NCBI GenBank assembly: GCA_026025075.1
Contig: JAPEUI010000089.1
Location: forward strand, 1 to 64,000
DNA: 64,000 bases
From: Vezdaea acicularis
Lineage: Eukaryota
Reading direction: 5' to 3'
In this document: positions 35,945-46,747 of the stretch, one piece after another
Numbering within the stretch: position 1 is the stretch's first letter
How the letters are laid out: each line of letters starts with the position of its first letter
Position numbers and translations under genes: made by a program
Notes under the pieces: generated by a model
The model's database searches: none
Seen by the model: only the letters and a program-made list of their open reading frames with translations
Told to the model about the DNA's origin: nothing

Positions 35945-37913
35945 ATGGCCTCGATGGAGTCCCATGAAAAGAGCCCTTATGAGGCTGGCGAAGTCCATAC
36001 TAACGAGAGTAGATCTGTGGATGGGCATATTGAATATGCGCTTGAGAGTGCCGGAGTCTCTGTTGCTCCCAGTGGGCTACAGCGGAAGTTGAAGGCGCGT
36101 CATATTCAGGTATGCTTTCCCTGGGGAGCCGCTTCACATTCTGCATGATAATGTCTAACTACCCCAATAGATGATAGCCATTGGTTCTAATATAGGTACT
36201 GGGCTTTTTGTGGGATCTGGAAGTATTTTGCACACGGGAGGGCCATTGGCTCTCGTTCTGGCTTTCATTCTGATCGCAATATCCCTTACGATCATGATGC
36301 AATGTCTGGGAGAGATGGCTGTTGTGCTCCCCGTTTCAGGAAGCTTTACTCGATATGCTACGCGTTTTTACGATCCAGCTCTGGGCTTTGCGATGGGTTG
36401 GCAGTATTGGCTGGCCTGGGTGGCGGTCTTTGGAGCTGAATCGTCAGCTTTCGTGGTAGGTGCAACTTCATCATGTTATTGATTAAACAAATGATCTCTA
36501 GCTCCCCGTCACATATGCTTTGTCTAACTCACGAGTCCTAGCTGTTGGTCAATTACTGGAACGATAATCCCGCTCTAACGCCTCTATGGATTTCTGTCTT
36601 CATTCTAATCAATCTTTGCATACATTTCTGCCCAGTCCGCATCTTCGGAGAGGTAGAATTCGTTGTAAGCACTATCAAGGTTATCTCCGTGATCGCCTTT
36701 ATTATCGTGGTCTGGGCAATTATGGGGGGCGCCGGACCAGAGGGCAAAAGGCATGGCAGTGAAAACTGGCGTTTAGACGGTCTTGAAGCTGGCCTTGTAA
36801 GTCATACTCTACCTCAAGGTATGGAATCGCTACTTAGTTTTCAATCAGCACAATGGATACAAAGGTATAGCTTCTGCTTTCGTCCTTGCAGCATTCGCTG
36901 CCGGTGGGACAGAGATGGTTGGCGTGGTTGCTGGAGAAGCCGAGCATCCTCGATACAACCTGCCTCGGGCGATCAAGACCCTAATGTGGCGAATATTCAT
37001 CTTCTACGTTGTGTCTATGCTTTTCTTGACATTTGTCGTCCCTTACAACCAGCAGGGTCTGATAGGAACGAAGAACGCAAACAGCTCGCCCTTCGTTTTG
37101 GCAATCAAAGATGCTGGCATTCGCATCCTTCCCGATATACTCAACGCTGTTGTTATGATCTGTGTCTGCAGTGTCGGAAGTACTAGCATCTACATTTCCT
37201 CCAGAACATTAAAGGCCATGTCCGAGGATGGATTTGTCTTCAAATTCTTCGGGAAGACAGATAAGAAGGGTCGACCGTGGGTTGCTCTCTTATTCACCGG
37301 CTCGATTGCAATAGTCCTTGCCTATCTAAACTGCAGCAGCACTGGTGCCGTGGTCTTCGGCTGGTTCTCTTCTATCTCGGGGATGGCGTTCTTCCTTGCT
37401 TGGCTTGTTATTATTGCTTGCAATTGGAGATTCAGAGCAGCTCTCAAAGCCCAAGGCGATGACACATTAGACAGACGATTTGCGTACAAAGCACGCCTAT
37501 GGCCATGGCTTTCAATCTTCGCATTTGTCGCAATTCTTTTCATGGTAAGACATCAGTCCTCATAACCGCCCCTGCACACGAGGTTAATACTGGTTACAGG
37601 TTATCTGCCAATTTGTGGTATCTGTGTGGCCCATTGGGAAGAAGCCGTCAGCTGCAACCTTCTTCGCCAACTTCATTGGCGTCCCGATATTTTTATTCAT
37701 GTGGGCAGGCTATAAGCTTGTGTACCGGACCAAATGGTTGAAACTAGTAGGTGCCCGATGTCGATATTGTAAGGGGAGTGAACTAATGAGCGTTAGACGG
37801 AGATTGACCTACACACTGGGCGAAGAGAGGAGGACCCTAAGGAGATCGAGCTGCTAGAGCATCACCAGTCCCTCTCCGGAGGACGGAGAGCGCTTTCTTA
37901 TTTCCATTTTTAA
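35945..37913 (+). CDS. Amino-acid permease (APC superfamily, YAT family)
   Basis: [53 protein letters not shown] and SPFV. Five GT-AG introns; stop TAA at 37911-37913. Confidence 0.93.
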
Positions 37914-38117
37914 TGCATTATCATGGTCATGTTGAAGCGTTAGACCTTAGAGCTGATTTGCGACATTTCTACTAGTCCGTGGAGTAATCTATGAACATGA
38001 ACTAACGCGATTTTAAAGATGACATGAGGGTACTGGAACGACGTCTACCCATCCGCAATATCCTGAATAAAAAATAAGATTCAATCAATATGATGATAAA
38101 GGGGGCTTGTTACCTTT

Positions 38118-38140
38118 CGAAGCAGTCGACAAAATTGATT
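38118..38140 (+). mobile_element. Isolated left-end fragment of the MITE family
   Basis: CGAAGCAGTCGACAAAATTGAT matches the copy A left TIR at 21/22 positions. Confidence 0.55.
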
Positions 38141-39290
38141 GGGTGCTTGCAAGGCAATTCCTCCACCCTAAAATCAAGACCAAAGGGCGTCTAAGGAGCC
38201 ATTGATTGGATAAATAATCCAAGATAATCTCATAGATCGTGGAGAAGCTGGTGACCTCAATATCCACAATGAAACTCCATCAATGTAACTTAGTTCTCCG
38301 AACTACGCACAATGCTTACACCAATGGCTTCTATCGGATGAAATGGCCTCTATGTGCATAGGCTTCTGACATGTCTGCACTGTTTTGTCAGGAAGCTCAG
38401 TTGCACAGCGGCAGTATTGAGAGTCTACGCTATGCATGCTATCTCAGAATCTGTGTTGGGAAAGGTAGTAACGTCCGTCCCTGCGTGCCGAGACATACAA
38501 GAAATACTTTGACTTCAAACAGCTCGATATCTATGCCTACGTTATTTCATTATATCACTCTGAATTAGCTGTTTGCCTCAGGTACTTCCAACTATCAAGT
38601 AATTTGAAAATTTGAAAATTACCCCTGAAAATCATTATCTCTACATTCAATTTGCAAAGAGTCTCGTTACTAAGCCAAAAAAAATACCACAATAACTCCA
38701 TCTCTAGGTTTCTATCACTTGCTGTACGCATGAAATAATTCTACCAGAATTTTAGAATCTTACTTCGATGTTGAAATCTCGTCATCAGTCTTGCGTCTGT
38801 TCGCGGCAAACAGATTCACGCAAGATCGCCCCGCCGATGGGTACTTCTGCCCGCCTAGTGTGAGAATTCCGCACGTTTCATAAAGTTATTACAGTATGAA
38901 CTCGAACAAAACTTTGTGTCCCGATCACGTCGCGTTAAAAAAACACTTGCCGCTTTATTAACATATCAAATACCGTTTATTTGTGGGGAGGGGGAGGTAA
39001 TTTGGCTGTTGGAAGAGTAAGCCTCGCTAAATGAGATTGATACGGCTTTTCATTTTTGCTAGTTACATCTTGCAAGCTTAAATCGAGTTCGCTCAAAGCA
39101 AAACTCGAGGAGCCGATCCCAGGTACGGAACATAGTAGGAACTAAAAGAGAGTATGCCCCACTTGCCACCACCACTCCCCATATCCACCACCGCCCCTTA
39201 AGGCTGCCGCCAACTACGACCATGTGGAAAGAATTTATGAAGTGAACCTTTCCACGGGATCCAAATGAGAATCCGAAGCTCGCCACGCCT

Positions 39291-40205
39291 CTAAAGGCTG
39301 GCATGGTCATACTGCTGCTTCATCAGACGATTGTGCACGCGCGAACTTTGCCCCAGGCTGGATTCTGATGGGGTTCTGATTCCCGTGAAGGAGCACCCTC
39401 CCTTGTGGAGGACTTTGTAGGCCGGACGCTTAGGGAAACGGAGGCGGAGGACCTCCGTTTCGGTTCCGGAGATTGAAGAGACTTGAATAGGGGGAGGGGC
39501 GGAGTCCACTCTCAACTGTTGACTGCTACCAGTGTATTGATCTTCAAAGTAGAACCAGTCGTCACCGTTCTCCAGGCTGAAAACATGATCTGGCAATTCA
39601 TCTGCATTTCCTGCAGCAAAAACGCTGAATTTGAAATTGATCAATCCACCCTGTATCGTGAAGAGGCTAGTGAGATATGCTTGTCAGTGCGCCATTCAAA
39701 AATCGCAATGAGGAAGAAGAGGGACACAAAGGATAGCACAGATCTTAGAACTAGCGTACTTGAATGTGTTGCTTAGATCAAGCCAATCAGCCTCCACTTC
39801 ATCATCATGTATATAGGCACCTGGGTCAGGCCAAATAGGCGCGTAGGAAGGCCAAGTGAGAATGTCGACCCCTTCGAGCTCTCTCCCGGTGGCAATGTTC
39901 ATTGAGCGGGCTGTGGCCGCGGAACCATCTTTCCGCCGGATTTTCATGTCATTAACCATGTTGTCGAATTCCCAGCATTCCACGGAAGGGTGTCCGTTCT
40001 CATCAACCACGAAAGCGGTCACCCGGGAAGTTTGTGGCAGTGGATCTCCTGAAAATTACGTTAGGAAGGAACGTCAAAAGCAGTCTGCTCTTCCCCCCGA
40101 AAAAAATTTGGTGGCAAGGCACAAACCTTCTTCATCCTTGACCGTCGGCTTTCCGAAAGCGACCGACGTGAGTAGAGGAAGCAAAATTGGGATAGAGAAC
40201 TTCAT
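39291..40205 (-). CDS. Small secreted protein (signal peptide; possibly cupin-like fungal family)
   Basis: MKFSIPILLPLLTSVAFG signal-like start. Exons joined by two GT-AG introns give VTAF...SVECWEF ... FTIQGGL ... ETEVLRL ... VLHKGGC, resembling a family of small secreted fungal proteins with ECW and VLH.G.C motifs. Confidence 0.72.
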
Positions 40206-40808
40206 CTTGATGATACTTATTGATGGTAGTTTAGGAGATATAGTTAAGTGACTGTCGAACTGGTATCAAGTTTGACGAACTGCAGGAATCTTAGAAGTCG
40301 AAAATTGAAACTGGAAGAGGGGGGGTCGATATTGCTTTATATATTCAGTCCGGCGAGCCCGGCAGCTCCGGTCTCGCAGCTCCTCTTCCCAAGTGGGTAC
40401 CCGCTCCCTCTCCTCACCCGACCAAGGAGAGCCGTGCCACAGCCTGGAACCGCTATTGGATAAACCGAGTCTTGATTGGTGAGATGTACGCTGTATGCTT
40501 GAGAAGCGCAGCGGAGTATGCATCTTCGAGATTGTCCAAAGTTTCTTCCAAAAAAGTCAAGGCCATGTGACTCAAAGCTAGATTAGCGGCGGTCTTATTC
40601 GGAGCATGTTGCTTCTGCTCGATTTGATTGGAACTGGGTCTCGCATGGGGAAGCCTCTGCATGGCAATCCTGCACGCTCTCGGAGCTGCCGTTTTCCTTT
40701 CAGCGTACAAGCGATATGACTTCTCCACTTTTGCGTGCATTTTTTGAATCATCATCTTGTCCTAGCCTTAGGCCTACTCCTAACTAAGCGTAGTCCATCA
40801 CCTACTGC

Positions 40809-40847
40809 GGAGAAACCGGAGACTGGGGAGAAACCGGAGACTGGGGA
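40809..40847. repeat. 18-bp tandem duplication GGAGAAACCGGAGACTGG x2
   Basis: Exact adjacent copies. Confidence 0.9.
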
Positions 40848-42437
40848 CGAGACGCTTTGATGTATCCTGCAGAGCTTCCTGCGGGGAACCTTGGGATCTG
40901 AAGGGCAAAAACGAATCAAGTATTATATCGGAGACAGGTCGCGCAGAGGCGGCTGTGAGCTAGACCTCGCATAGGAATGCTTCTGCATGGCAGTCATGCA
41001 CACTTTCGTCGCTGTTGCTGTCCTCTCAGCATCCGAGCGAAGTGACTTTCTCCATTCTCGCGTGCATATCTGATCATAGTCTTGTTCTGATTTTCCGTTT
41101 GTCCCCTAACAAGCACAGCCCATCGTCGATCGTGGGGAAGGCAGGGACTGTGGAACGATATATTTGGATGAACCCGGTCCAGCTTTATGTCGGGGAACCT
41201 TGGGATCTGAGTGGCAGCAACGAACCGGAGGCTAAGTTGACAGATCTTAGGATTCCGGCGTCGCTCTAAGGCAAACTACACTCCAAATGGACAAGGCTAA
41301 CGCTAATTTGCCGGCTACTGTAGATCCTGGCCCCACCTTTAGCGTGCCGCCGATCGATCTCTGGCTTGACAAGATCGGAACCCCTCTCCAACAAGGGTGG
41401 AAGGTCGGATGGAACGAGATGAGCGGGCCCACATTCAATTGGCCTCACGATGGCTACTGCTGCTGCCCGTGCATTTGGGTTACGTACGTGCATAGCATCC
41501 ATGAAGTTCTAGCTAGAGCAATGGGTAGTCCAAATCTGCATAGGAAGTTGCACATCAAGTACGTCGTTCATCCCCTCTGCCCGCCTTCTCGTCTGCAAGG
41601 TGTTGATAGCGTTGATCGCCGGTCCGGCCAAGCACCGACCTCCGTGGAAGGAGGCCTATGAAGCCTCAAGGGAATGCAGATGGTCCAGAGGAGCGCTCGA
41701 ACAAGGACAAAGCATCGACGTAGATGGGGTCGAACCAGGCATCGAACTAGCTACGAAAGGGCCATTCACCCATGCACGGGGCAATGGGCAGGCGTGATCG
41801 AGTCGTCTGTGCGCTTGCATACTACGTAGTAGATAAGAGCTAGGTGTTTGCAGATGCTCGGGCCATCAACAAGACACTTGGCGACGACCCGAAAGCGGCT
41901 GCAGGCTCGGCCCGGAGGAGTAGTCTCGCATTAGTGTAATGAGCTCCGCACTTACTTCGCATCAAAGTTTACCCCGCCATGATCGTCGACGAAGCCCCTC
42001 GCATGGACGATTCTTGATCGATCCGTCGGCCGACAGCCGTATCCACAAAGACATGCACAAGGGATCCCCCAGTTCCGATCGCAGTTGAAAATCCTAACAG
42101 ACCTCTGGCTGGAAGACAGGGAGCATATCATGACCTGTGATGCTGGAATGATATCATGATCCGTTCGCAGCCTTTAGTACGTAGTGCTGGATGGCGTGCT
42201 CTCGGAAACCCTTGGGGTTGTCATAGTTGTCAAGGACAGCCAACCGTCTCCCCCTTCGCTGCTGAAGCGCCCTTTCGACAATCTCCATGCTTTCTCAAAC
42301 GTCGACAATAGCCTGCGATCCACCTATCACTTTCAGAGCGGTGGCACTGTAGCTTTGCGCAACGGTAGCTGGCAACGAAGCGTCTATCTAGATTACTGCA
42401 GTAAAATTCAAGTCTGCCTCTGCTCTCCGGCAGCATT

Positions 42438-43160
42438 CTAGAGCAAGCTGAGTTTTGTTGGAGCCGTCCATTCCCAGCAGAACAGCTGTCCTTGATACTC
42501 GTTCATCAGCCGCATCCCTGTCTCCTCCCCTATATGCCCCCAGCGTAAGCAATATGAAGCTCTTACGCTTGGTATCTTGGCTCCAAGCCAGACGTTGATA
42601 TTGGTTCTGTCGATAACCCTATTTGGCCTGATAGACGCAAGCTCCACCTTTTAGGTCGGCGCGGTGCGAAACTCTATATTCCTGTTGAATCTGGGTAAAG
42701 ATTGAGACGAGTCCTTGATCCATCTCTTTAGCTGGAGATAAACATTCTTATAATCATTGTTCCTGCCTTCGAATTTAGTCATGCCAATCTCATCAGCATG
42801 TATAAAAGCGTGAGGATATCGTTCTAGGATAGTCAACTTTGGCGGTATGACCTGTTTTGAGTCAACACAAAGTCCAGAGTGTGGATTGCTTCTTACTATG
42901 AATGATTTGCCGGCCTTTGTGACGGGCAGCTCTTTCACAACGCAGGCGAATTGGATAATTGCTTCATAGGCTTGCTCGCGAGATCGCAGCATGGTGTGGA
43001 AGCCTTGCGTCATATTTCTAGCACTTCGGAGTCGGGCTGCAACATCCTAATGATATCTGTGTTCGTCTTTTTGACTAGATTCACCTTAATGCCTGCGATA
43101 GTGCCCCAGCTAGCCAGATTGGAGCCTCGATGCGGCGTTCCCAGAAAGGCAATTGCTTGA
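42438..43160 (-). pseudogene. Decayed SesB-like alpha/beta-hydrolase domain (fungal NLR N-terminal domain) with possible NACHT-start remnant
   Basis: AIAFLGTPHRGS, LQPDSEVLE and IHADEIGMTKF...DYKNV..QLKRW are SesB-type motifs. Frameshift at about 43012; 5' end missing, replaced by AT-rich DNA. Confidence 0.75.
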
Positions 43161-43164
43161 GGGT

Positions 43165-43610
43165 GACTTTTATTATTGTTTGTCCCTATAGGGCATTTTT
43201 TTAATAAATGATATTTCTGCCTTTGCCCAAAAACAAGAAAAATCAAAATACCTTTCGTATTTTCAATTCCTCAACTCCTTATTTGTTTTAAAGATTATGA
43301 TCAAAATGAGTATTGATTTAAATATTTTGTTTGCTTGCTTTTGATAATAATATTGTTCTAGTATTACTTATATATTATAATTAAATTAATAGAAAAATAA
43401 TAGAGAATAATGTATTTGCCAAATATATTTGACAACCATTTTGTGACAAAATCATTGGTTTGACCATTTCAGCAAGGGTTTTTTGCATCTTTTGTTTCTT
43501 GGAATTGACTTTATTTAAGTGTGTCGTGGTGAGTATCTGGGATGAATTGATTTTAACAGTATAAACTTCAGTATCTAACACTATGCCTTTACATATACTG
43601 TTTACCAAAT
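43165..43610. other. AT-rich block of unknown origin
   Basis: Abrupt shift to long A/T runs (e.g. TTATATATTATAATTAAATTAATAG) against mixed-GC surroundings. Confidence 0.7.
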
Positions 43611-43882
43611 TGAAGGTGTGGTCAAAATTGATGGCGCATTAAACGGGGGTTCCCCATAGCTAAATGCTTCACGCTCGAAAGCAGAAAATGGCCCTGCCAG
43701 GCCACGGATATAATCTGGGGTACAAGCATCTAACAAGAGTAATGGCATAGTACTATTGAGCAAATACTAAGAATAACCATCAATGATGGCCAACAATCTC
43801 AGGACTGCTGAAAGTAACGCATGCCGATGGGTGAACATGCCCACTATTTGTTTATGCGCCATCAATACTGTCCCCCGCCTCG
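43611..43882 (+). mobile_element. MITE-like element, copy C (272 bp)
   Basis: TGAAGGTGTGGTCAAAATTGATGGCGCA ... TGCGCCATCAATACTGTCCCCCGCCTCG; aligns end to end with copy A. Confidence 0.87.
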
Positions 43883-44450
43883 AACTGTTAATATTATTGT
43901 CGTTTAGAGTTATCTCCTTTTCCAAATGCGTTGATCTCGGCTCAGCTACGTAAATCTATGTGAAACTACTTGGACATCCTTCTTTGTACAATTGCTCATA
44001 GATATCTAGTACCGACATCCCATAGCACCGTTACCTAAATACTATGTCCCTAGCTATTAAGGGAGCGCAGCGTCTCCCTCATACCTTACCCGTTGTGTCA
44101 CTCTACCCTCTAGTCCGACTGACTGCAAGGGATTGACTGGCTTTCATTCCGAATTACATGGGATACGTATGTTTGCCCTCTGCTCCAGGTGGAAGACTTT
44201 CGAATTGGATAATGATTTGGGCCCAAACTTAATAAATATCTCGAAGTTCACCCCAGCAGCATGGAAGCAGTGGATAATGAGCTTGCGTTTGAGCCATTTA
44301 CTGCGCAAAATCCTAGGATAACATCGACATATGTACGACCGGCGGTTACACTTTCCAAGGTTGAAGGGCCGCAGCATGTGATCGCTTGCTGCAATTTGGA
44401 ATTCACGAGGCCACGGCCTACTTGCATGCTTCAACCAGCTCATATCGTCA

Positions 44451-45492
44451 TCAAACCAACAATATCCTTTACCCGGCTAGTCAATATATATCTGAAGAGA
44501 GAAGTGGAGCATACATACGCATTTATACAACCATCGTTTTCGCAATTGTTCGTGATTTGTGCCCATCTGCCCCATACTACCTTCCCGCCAGCAGTGACAA
44601 GGCCAAGCTCACTCACGTTCACCTCAATGATGGTTCCCTTGGTCAGTACACCTAACTGAGTATACATTGGATTTTGCGGGTTCTTTTTAACAGAGATAAT
44701 TGGAAGCTGCACGGTAACGCTCAGCTCGGGGTGAGTAACATTAGCTTTCTTGTATCGAAGGCCCATTGGTCTGATGAAACGCTCGTACTTGACCGGCCGT
44801 CGAGTGAAGTCGTTTCCAACTACCAAGAGTTAGAAGGTGATGATTTGGAGAGGCCATGCAATATACCAAATGTTGGCTTTGTGACCATCCTCTTCCATCC
44901 CTTTTTGGCTATCTTCTTCCCAGTCTTCACCACCTTAAACATTTCCTCTTCAGCTATACCCCTTACTCTCGGTAAGGGTACGCTGAACTTAGCAGCCTTC
45001 TCTGCTCTCTTGTTCTTGATTGCACTTGACAAAGCCTTGGCATTCGTAGCTTGGGATCTATCCAGTAGGTATTGTGGTACCGGCTCAGAGGATGGCTCGT
45101 TCGGTTGTGATGATTTGACATTTCGCTCCTCTTGTGCTTTGATCTGCTTCTTCATCTGTATTTTTTCTGCATGCCTTTTCTTGTGGTAGAGCTTCGCCCT
45201 TAGGCCATGGAGTTTCTGGGAGTCTTGAGACTGTTTGTGACCTTCCCGAGCCAACCGTTTCCTTCTTCGTTCGTCATAATCTAGCCTATTTTTAAGATTT
45301 AGTGGCTGGACGTTACTGAAACCTTGAGAACGGGCGCTTACCTTCTTCCGTATTGTTTCTGCCACCGCTCAATGTACCTGCATTAGTCGTTAGTTATTCT
45401 GTGGGTAACGACTCTATATAGCGACGAACTCATTTTGAGGCTGGAGAAAGTTAGTGAGGGTGAACCGTATAAGGACTGAATCTGCGTACCAT
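44451..45492 (-). CDS. NSA2: Ribosome biogenesis protein Nsa2
   Basis: Spliced [23 protein letters not shown]...[32 protein letters not shown]...DGCINA|ILLV*. Five introns. Confidence 0.95.
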
Positions 45493-45723
45493 ATCCACCT
45501 TTCCAAAGTAAATGTTTTGTTGTTGAAGCACTCCAGACGAAGTGAGCGACGAGATTGCCAATGCTCATATGAAATGTGTGAGGTCCAGTGAGAAGAAAAG
45601 TATTTCTTGGCGTTAGATTACGCTATTCCTCTTAAGGGTTCAGGCGATTCCCAAGTGTCTGCCGAGGAATACGCTGAAGCTCAGATGTCAGATTCGGCAC
45701 ACTCCTCAAGCAGTCACTTTCAC

Positions 45724-46404
45724 ATGAGGAGGACAATGCTTCCCCTCCTTTTCAATCGGACCGCGTTGGCAGCTCGAGCGCAGTGCAGTGCTACTCCTCG
45801 AGCGATCCGCTCTCCATTGATTGCAAGACCTCTCTCTACAAACCCACTCAGCGCCAACTCCCCAGCTAGTATAGAGAAAAGTACGCTCATACGCAAAGAA
45901 GAAGCTGCGAGCACATTCAAAACTCTCCCGCAGGCTGTTTTACGATCTCAGAGTGACGCTAAAGTTCCTTCTTCCACTCCACGCAATCCTCTAGCTCTGA
46001 ATAACCTTGACGAATCTATCAGAGTCCTACTGCCACTTCTCAAGGCACAAGGATCAGTCTACATCACTGCGCATATACACGCAAGACCATACCTTTTGAC
46101 GGTCGGAGATACATTGCGGCTTCCGTTTTTAATGCCTGCAGTAGTGCCTGGAGACATACTTCGGCTCAATCGAGCTTCCCATATCGGCAGCCGTGACTAT
46201 ACACTCAAAGGAGCACCTTACATTGATGAGCGACTTTTTGAGTGCCGAGCTAGAGTGTTAGGAGTTGAATCTGAGCCTATGAGAGTTAAGGAGAAAACGA
46301 AGCGAAGACAGAGGCGTGTCAAGAAAGTCAAGAGTAAACATAGATATACTTTGTTGAAGGTTGCAGAACTGAAGATCAAATCACTGCAAGACATCGGACT
46401 ATGA
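45724..46404 (+). CDS. MRPL49: Mitochondrial ribosomal protein bL21m
   Basis: Arg/Ser-rich presequence-like start; HIHARPYLLTVGD.LRLPF...GSRDYTLKG...KTKRRQRRVK..KSKHRYT. Start could instead be ATG 45736. Confidence 0.88.
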   Translation: MRRTMLPLLFNRTALAARAQCSATPRAIRSPLIARPLSTNPLSANSPASIEKSTLIRKEEAASTFKTLPQAVLRSQSDAKVPSSTPRNPLALNNLDESIRVLLPLLKAQGSVYITAHIHARPYLLTVGDTLRLPFLMPAVVPGDILRLNRASHIGSRDYTLKGAPYIDERLFECRARVLGVESEPMRVKEKTKRRQRRVKKVKSKHRYTLLKVAELKIKSLQDIGL

Positions 46405-46747
46405 GTAACAAGACCATGGGAGCAAAGAGCTGGAGTTCTAAGAGCAGGAATATAGCTTTATAGTTGGTATTTAAATCTACATACTTCGACTCCGGGAATG
46501 CTCACGCTGAGTGAGATCGACTCTTTTAAAGACCCTTGAAGGATTGTACTTATGGCAAAGGCCGCACAGGAGGACGGTAAGACAGCCGTAAGACCCAAGC
46601 CTCTTAATGAAGCCTGAAGGCGAGATTGTATCATGATGTAATATAGATAAGATACCTGTCCAGCTGTGAGTCCGGTCTTTTGGACCCACGTCCTTATTTA
46701 TTCCGGGACGTAACTCGGGCTCTACATACTATGAGCTTTCTTGAGCA

